Source: Phoenicibacter sp. (GTDB taxonomy: Bacteria; Actinomycetota; Coriobacteriia; Coriobacteriales; Eggerthellaceae). Taken from it: DNA of 64,000 nt. The notes beneath the pieces were generated by a model. The model ran no database searches, was not told where the DNA came from, and saw only the letters and a list, made by a program, of their open reading frames with translations. Where the stretch lies: contig JAZUHG010000017.1 of the NCBI GenBank assembly GCA_045641605.1, positions 13,711 to 77,710 on the forward strand, given 5' to 3'. Shown one piece after another: positions 58,609-64,000 of this stretch (its first letter is position 1; each line of letters begins with the position of its first letter). The position numbers and the translations under genes were made by a program.

Positions 58609-59450
58609 TGGCTAAGATTCTTGACGGAAAAGAAGTTGCAAACGCAATAAGCCAAAAAAATGCTGATCGAGTCAGCGAGATTATTTCTTCTGGCTCATTG
58701 GTTCCAAAATTAGCTGTAGTTTGTGTGGGGGATAGTGCTTCTAATGCTTCTTACTTAAAAGGCATTGAAAAGCGCGCTTCCGAAGCTGGTGTTTTGTATG
58801 ACCTCAAAGAGTTCCCTGAAGATATTTCTATTGAAAAATTATGCGAGCAAATTGAAAGACTAAATGAAGATGAAAAGGTCAATGGGATTCTTTTGCTTCG
58901 TCCTTTGGCTGGTGGGTTAAAACAGTTTGAGGCTGATATTTGCGAAAAGATATCTCCTGAAAAAGATGTTGATGCCGCAACAAAACTTTCCGTTGCAGGT
59001 GCGTATTTAGGAAGTAATGCTTATGCACCTTGTACTGCTGAAAGTTGTGTTGCCATTTTGGACCACTTCGGTATTGATATTGAGGGTAAGCATGTAGTTG
59101 TTATTGGAAGAAGCTTGGTTGTTGGTAAACCTGTAGCAAATATGTTGCTAAACAGGAACGCTACAGTTACAGTTTGCCATTCAAAGACCGAAAATATTCC
59201 TTCTATCAGTAAAAAAGCAGATATTGTTGTAGTTGCAACAGGAACTGCAAATAAATTTGGGGCTAAATACTTTTCTAAGGGGCAAGTTGTTATTGATGCT
59301 GGTATCAATTGGGATCCAGAAGCTAAAAAGTTATGCGGAGATGTTGACTTCGAAGCTGTGGAGCCAATTGTTGATGCAATCACACCTGTTCCTGGTGGAG
59401 TTGGATCTGTGACTTCGGCGATCTTAATCCAACATACCACGCAACCATAA
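58608..59450 (+). CDS. folD: Bifunctional methylenetetrahydrofolate dehydrogenase/cyclohydrolase
   Basis: 'ILDGKEVA', 'ASNASYLKG', 'GRSLVVGKPVANMLL', 'PVPGGVGSVT'. The ATG overlaps the fhs TAA. Confidence 0.95.
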   Translation: MAKILDGKEVANAISQKNADRVSEIISSGSLVPKLAVVCVGDSASNASYLKGIEKRASEAGVLYDLKEFPEDISIEKLCEQIERLNEDEKVNGILLLRPLAGGLKQFEADICEKISPEKDVDAATKLSVAGAYLGSNAYAPCTAESCVAILDHFGIDIEGKHVVVIGRSLVVGKPVANMLLNRNATVTVCHSKTENIPSISKKADIVVVATGTANKFGAKYFSKGQVVIDAGINWDPEAKKLCGDVDFEAVEPIVDAITPVPGGVGSVTSAILIQHTTQP

Positions 59451-59566
59451 TAATTGCTATATTTAAGTTCGTGTTTATAATAAGAATTTTTGCATTTAGT
59501 ATGCTTACTTTTATGTGTTTATTTGATATAATAAAAAAGATTATTATTTAATATAAAGGAGTAATT

Positions 59567-62500
59567 ATGCATATCAATACTAAATTTTCTAATAAGTGTC
59601 TATTGTTTGCGATTGTTACTGTGTTTTCTATTATAGTATTCGAATTATTCTTTGTTCTGTTTACTAATAATTTCGCTATTGCTAATTCAAATGAAACCCT
59701 GGTTTATTCTCAAAATAATGACCCAGACCCTTATTATGGCACAAAGGAATATTGAAACGAGCATTTTGGTCCTCATGAAGATAAATACATAGATAAAAAT
59801 ATACCTGCAGGAACGACTATAGGTAATGCTTCGGGTGGTGAAGTTGCCACTTATTTTATAGGTGACGATATTACGATTTCGTCAACAAATCCCAGCCAGC
59901 CTTGTCTTATTATTGCCGGTAATGTGGATTTATGTTTTGAAGATGGTCATAGTTTAACATTAAAAGTTGCTGATAGCGTAAATGGTGTTGGTAGTGCGCC
60001 AGATATCCTTCTTACAAAAGGCAATTCGCTTCATATTGTAGGCAAAGGGGATTTAAAAATTCAAGGTAGTTCTGTCAATGTCGATAAATCTTATGTAAAA
60101 GGACAGGATGGAACTCAAGGATCTTGATATACACAGTATTATAAGTATGTTGTTTTGGGTTTCCCAGGTCGCGGCGGAAATGGTTCAGGTGGTGTTGGAG
60201 CATTAATAGGAACTTATGGTGGCGCCGGTGGTGCTGGTGGTTATATAACTAATCCTAAAGATGATCGTGAAGAGATGGTTGAACAAGGCCATTATGGAAG
60301 TGGTACTGCGGTTCAACCTGGTGGCACTGGTGAAGCATCTGCAGTTTCTGGGGATTTGTCTATATCTGGCAATGTAGCGCTATCTTTAACTCCCGGGACA
60401 GTAAGATATACAAACTCACTAAATAATGAAGCCCTAAATGGTGTTTATGGGCCCAGAAACAGACAATATACTGGTAAAACATTTGGGATTTGAGATTGCT
60501 ATAATTTTATTGGATCAAATGGCGGAGGAGGGCAAGGCGGTTTAGGCTTTGCTGGCGCAATTTTTGGCTCTGGAGGTTCTGGCGGAGCAGGAGGTGGCTG
60601 CGGCGGAGAAAATGGTTTTGATTATACTAATTATCAAAATTATTGTTATCCAGATGGTGGTGGTGGTGGAGCTGGTGTTGGTTCCGCTAGCACTTATGGT
60701 GGAACCGCCTTTCCACGCAAGTCAGATTCTGACCAATTCCCTGATGGCGCAAAAGATGGAGAAAATTATGTTGCTGGGACCAGTACTGCTCCAGGTAACG
60801 GAGGGAGGCCTTCTGGTGGTGGAGGCAGATATCAAAATGGTTACGGCGTAGAAGGTGGGAAAGGCGGATTTGCTGCTGTTGCTGGTTTAGCAGGAAATTG
60901 TTTTGCTATTCCTGGTTTATTGCCAAAAGTAGATAAGGTTTCCAGTTTTATTTCTGATAGAAATGGTCAAGAGAGTGACCGCTATTTGGTTTATCCGCAA
61001 GATGAGTGTAAAATTGTTCTTGATGGTAGCTTACAAGATGATGAATATATTTATAGCTATTCTGGTCAACCTATTTTTCCTGATTATAAGGTTATACATG
61101 TGCCAACAGGTAATATTATAGATGATGATTGTTTTTTTGAGGTTAAATGAGAGAATAATGACAAACCCGGCATGGCAAAACTAATTATCAAAGGCAATTC
61201 TTCTTTTAGCACCACACAGGCAACTATTGGCCAGTCGATGTTTACTGCTTCTGGGGTAATAGAAGTTCAATTCAGAATCGCTAATATTTTTGATGTAAAA
61301 AATTTAACTGTCGCATCTAAAGTTTATAATGGTGAGCCAATTTCGTATCAGGGTGAACCATACATTGTCGATGAAAAGCAAAGACCAATAACAGACTTAA
61401 CAATTGATGATGTTGTTTTTGAATATAGTAAATTTAATTCTGAATTAAATATATACGAAAAAATTAATTACGTCCCAAAAGATGTAGGTGATTATTCTTT
61501 GATCTTTTCTATTAATAAAAAAGGCTATGAATTTTATGTGTCATTAACCTCAATTAAGTTTTCTATTACTATTGCTGACATAACTATTAATAAAGATGCC
61601 TCCGAAGGACTTAAGATTGAAAAAGTTTTTGATGGGACAATTGATGCTGGAAATGAAAATTTGTCCGGTTCATTAACCTTTGACAATATCGCAGAGGCGG
61701 ATAAAAATAAACTTGAAATTTTTCCAATAATTTCTAAGTTTACATCTGAAGACGTTCATGATGAAAAAATTGTTTGTAATCTAAGAATTAAATGTACCGA
61801 CGATAAGGACTTACTGAAGAATTATAATTTAGTAGATGATACTACGGAGATTCAGTATCGTATTTCGCAAAGAACTATTAATGTAGATTCTGTCAGCGCA
61901 AAAAATCGTACATATATAGCAGATAACTTTAATGTAGAGGTGGATGATGTTAAATTTTCAAATTTAGTTGAAGGTGTAAGTTTTGATCGAGATTCTGAGT
62001 GGATTATCGAAGAAGGAAAAATTACTGATGAAAATGTTGATCCTGGCCGTCACAATTGTTCCTGCAAAATTACTAATAAGTATGAAAATTATACTTTTTC
62101 AGACGGTCAAACAATTACGTATAACTTTATCGTTAATATTTATGGTGAGCAAGTTGCACACCCAGTGGCTTCAGAAACAGAATTTTATTACAATGGAAAA
62201 AATCAAGTTTATGATGTAAAAGCATATCCAGGATTGTATACAGTTGAAGGAAATACAGGCACGGAACCTGGCACTTATACGGCTATATATAAGCTGGCAG
62301 AAGGAAAGAATTGAGCTGATGTTGAAGAAAGTAAAAAATTTGATCCTTATGAAATTACATGGGAGATTAAAAAGCATAAGCCTATTGTATTTGATAATAA
62401 TTTTATTACACAAGCTGTTGCCGATAAAGATCAAGTTGAATTTGAATATAAAATTAATGACAAACCTGAGGATATGAGTATCTCTAATGTAAATTTGGGT

Positions 62501-64000
62501 ATTGAAGAAGGTGAAGAATATATTGATAGTTATCAATTGAGTGAGGATGGTACTAAGTTACTATATTCTTTGTCAAGCGAGGCCAAGCCTAATAGTTCTA
62601 TAAAGTTTAAAATTTCTCTCCAGTCTGACTTTTATGATGATTCAATTATCGAGGTTCAAGTTAATTTAGTAGATAAATATAATGTTAGTTTAACTGGTAT
62701 TTATTTTTCCGACAAGTGTTATGATAAACAACCAATTTCTTTTGAGGGCAATGTATGTGCACTTGTTACAGATATGTATGCTATAAATAAGGATATATCT
62801 GATAAAGTTAAAAATGACCTCATTTTTGATTACTATCGTCTTGTAGGCGCTGAATATATCCATATTGGTGACGAGGCTCCAAAGGATTGTGGGTCTTATA
62901 AAGCTATTGCTAAAATTAAAGAAAGCAATAGTTTTGGGGCTGGTATGTCTAGTGAGTTAAAATTTGAAATCAAGTTCAATAGTCAAGATATAATTGTTTT
63001 TGATGATGTAACTGAATCTCGTTGTTATGCAATAGAAGATTTAGACTATGTTGGAAATTTGAATATTATAGATAGTATTCCAGAAGGTGAAAATTATCAA
63101 GTTGTTATTAAAGAGATTGATGATAAACAAGCTTTTATTGACACAATTAGCATTGATCATGATGGTGAAGTGCATATTAAATTTAATCAAGGCTCATTAA
63201 AGCCGGATAAATCAATATCTGTTATTGTCAGTGTTTTGTTTGATAATTATTTATCACAGCCGTTAACATATACTTTAAATTTGGAACCGAAAAAAACTTT
63301 AAGTATTGGTGGCATTACAATATATGACAAGGGCGAGTATGACGGAGATTATGTGCCCTGAGATGGAAAATTTTATATCAAGGATGGAGATACGGACTTG
63401 ACTGATGAGTTGCTTGAACAAAAACATGTAAAATTAATTTACAGAGATCATGATTCTGACCGAACATACGATGAGCCACAAGTTAATGCAGGAATTTATG
63501 ATATAGAAATTCGCATTGTTGACTGAGATCAACTTTATACAGGAAGTGCGATTTATACTGCATCAATTGGCAGAAAAACTATTAATGTTGAATCAGAAGA
63601 GCCGTATGTTGGCGAAATTACGAAAGTGTATGATGCAACAACTTCACTGCCAACTGGTTTTACTGATTCACTGGAAATTGATGAAAGAGATATTCTTGAT
63701 AAAGATAAAGGTAAGGTGTTTGCAAAGTTTAATGCGTCTCAGTTTAGTTCCCCAGATGTTTACGAAGACAATGTTGATTGCGATACAGAACTCTATGGTG
63801 AAGCTTCAAATAACTATAAGCTTAACTTTGAAAAGGTTATTGCAAAATATAGTATCACTCCAAAATCATTAAATGTAAAAGAAGCAACTGCTGAAGCTAT
63901 TAATAGAGACTATGATGCCGATAATTATAAAATAGATATTAAAGTTGACATTGACGGTGTGATAGAAGGCCATGAGCCTAGGTATAGCTCGATTGCTCTC
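59567..64000 (+). CDS. Giant cell-surface protein (3' partial): N-terminal anchor/signal, glycine-rich module, then repeated YDG/MBG-like beta-rich domains
   Basis: A single frame is open from ATG 59567 (AAAGGAG SD) to the window end, with 7 TGA. Hydrophobic N-terminus 'CLLFAIVTVFSIIVFELFFVLF'. Gly-rich 60150-60900. Recurrent '...K(V/C)Y(D/N)G.P...' units such as 'SKVYNGEPISY', 'EKVFDGTIDAG', 'DKCYDKQPISF', 'TKVYDATTSLP'. Confidence 0.7.

Noticed and set aside
60549-60851. 100-aa plus-strand ORF (MLAQFLALEVLAEQ...)
   Set aside because: It is an alternative frame across the GGN-rich region of the giant surface protein. The frame continuous with the flanking domains encodes the Gly-rich module.

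Overview
AT-rich (about 40% GC by eye) chromosomal segment from a Gram-positive-type bacterium. It is densely packed, mostly with housekeeping genes. The main observation is that about 70 in-frame TGA codons (my manual count) interrupt otherwise intact, well-conserved genes. Where I can recall homologues, these TGAs fall at invariant Trp positions. Every CDS I could close ends in TAA or TAG, so the window should be read with UGA=Trp (translation table 4). The standard-code ORF track fragments about 30 genes, and all coordinates below are re-merged under table 4. Contents: gltX; a siderophore/cobalamin-type ABC uptake operon; ispG-proS; tsaE; tig-clpP-clpX-valS-der-thiN; tRNA-Asn; an E. coli-type YcaO gene followed by a 21-codon ORF; degV-hpf-argS; an A24 peptidase; rsmI-tlyA; a cyclophilin lipoprotein; tmRNA. 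Next come a glutamate-cysteine ligase fused to a glutathionylspermidine-synthetase-like ATP-grasp domain, and a DUF2207 membrane protein. Then a xylose/xyloside cluster (ABC transporter, xylA, xylB, GPH symporter, GH43); tRNA-Ser; an M50 protease; scpA-scpB-rluB-aroA-cmk-plsC-ispH; a GC-rich structured intergenic element; an M18 aminopeptidase, ATP-grasp and riboflavin kinase trio; a RecJ-RecQ-like fusion; fhs-folD. The window ends inside a giant surface protein (over 1470 aa) with a glycine-rich module. I saw no rRNA, CRISPR array, IS element, integrase or prophage genes. Gene content (MEP pathway, xylose catabolism, lipoproteins, tig-clpP-clpX-valS order) does not look Mollicutes-like, so lineage placement needs checking.
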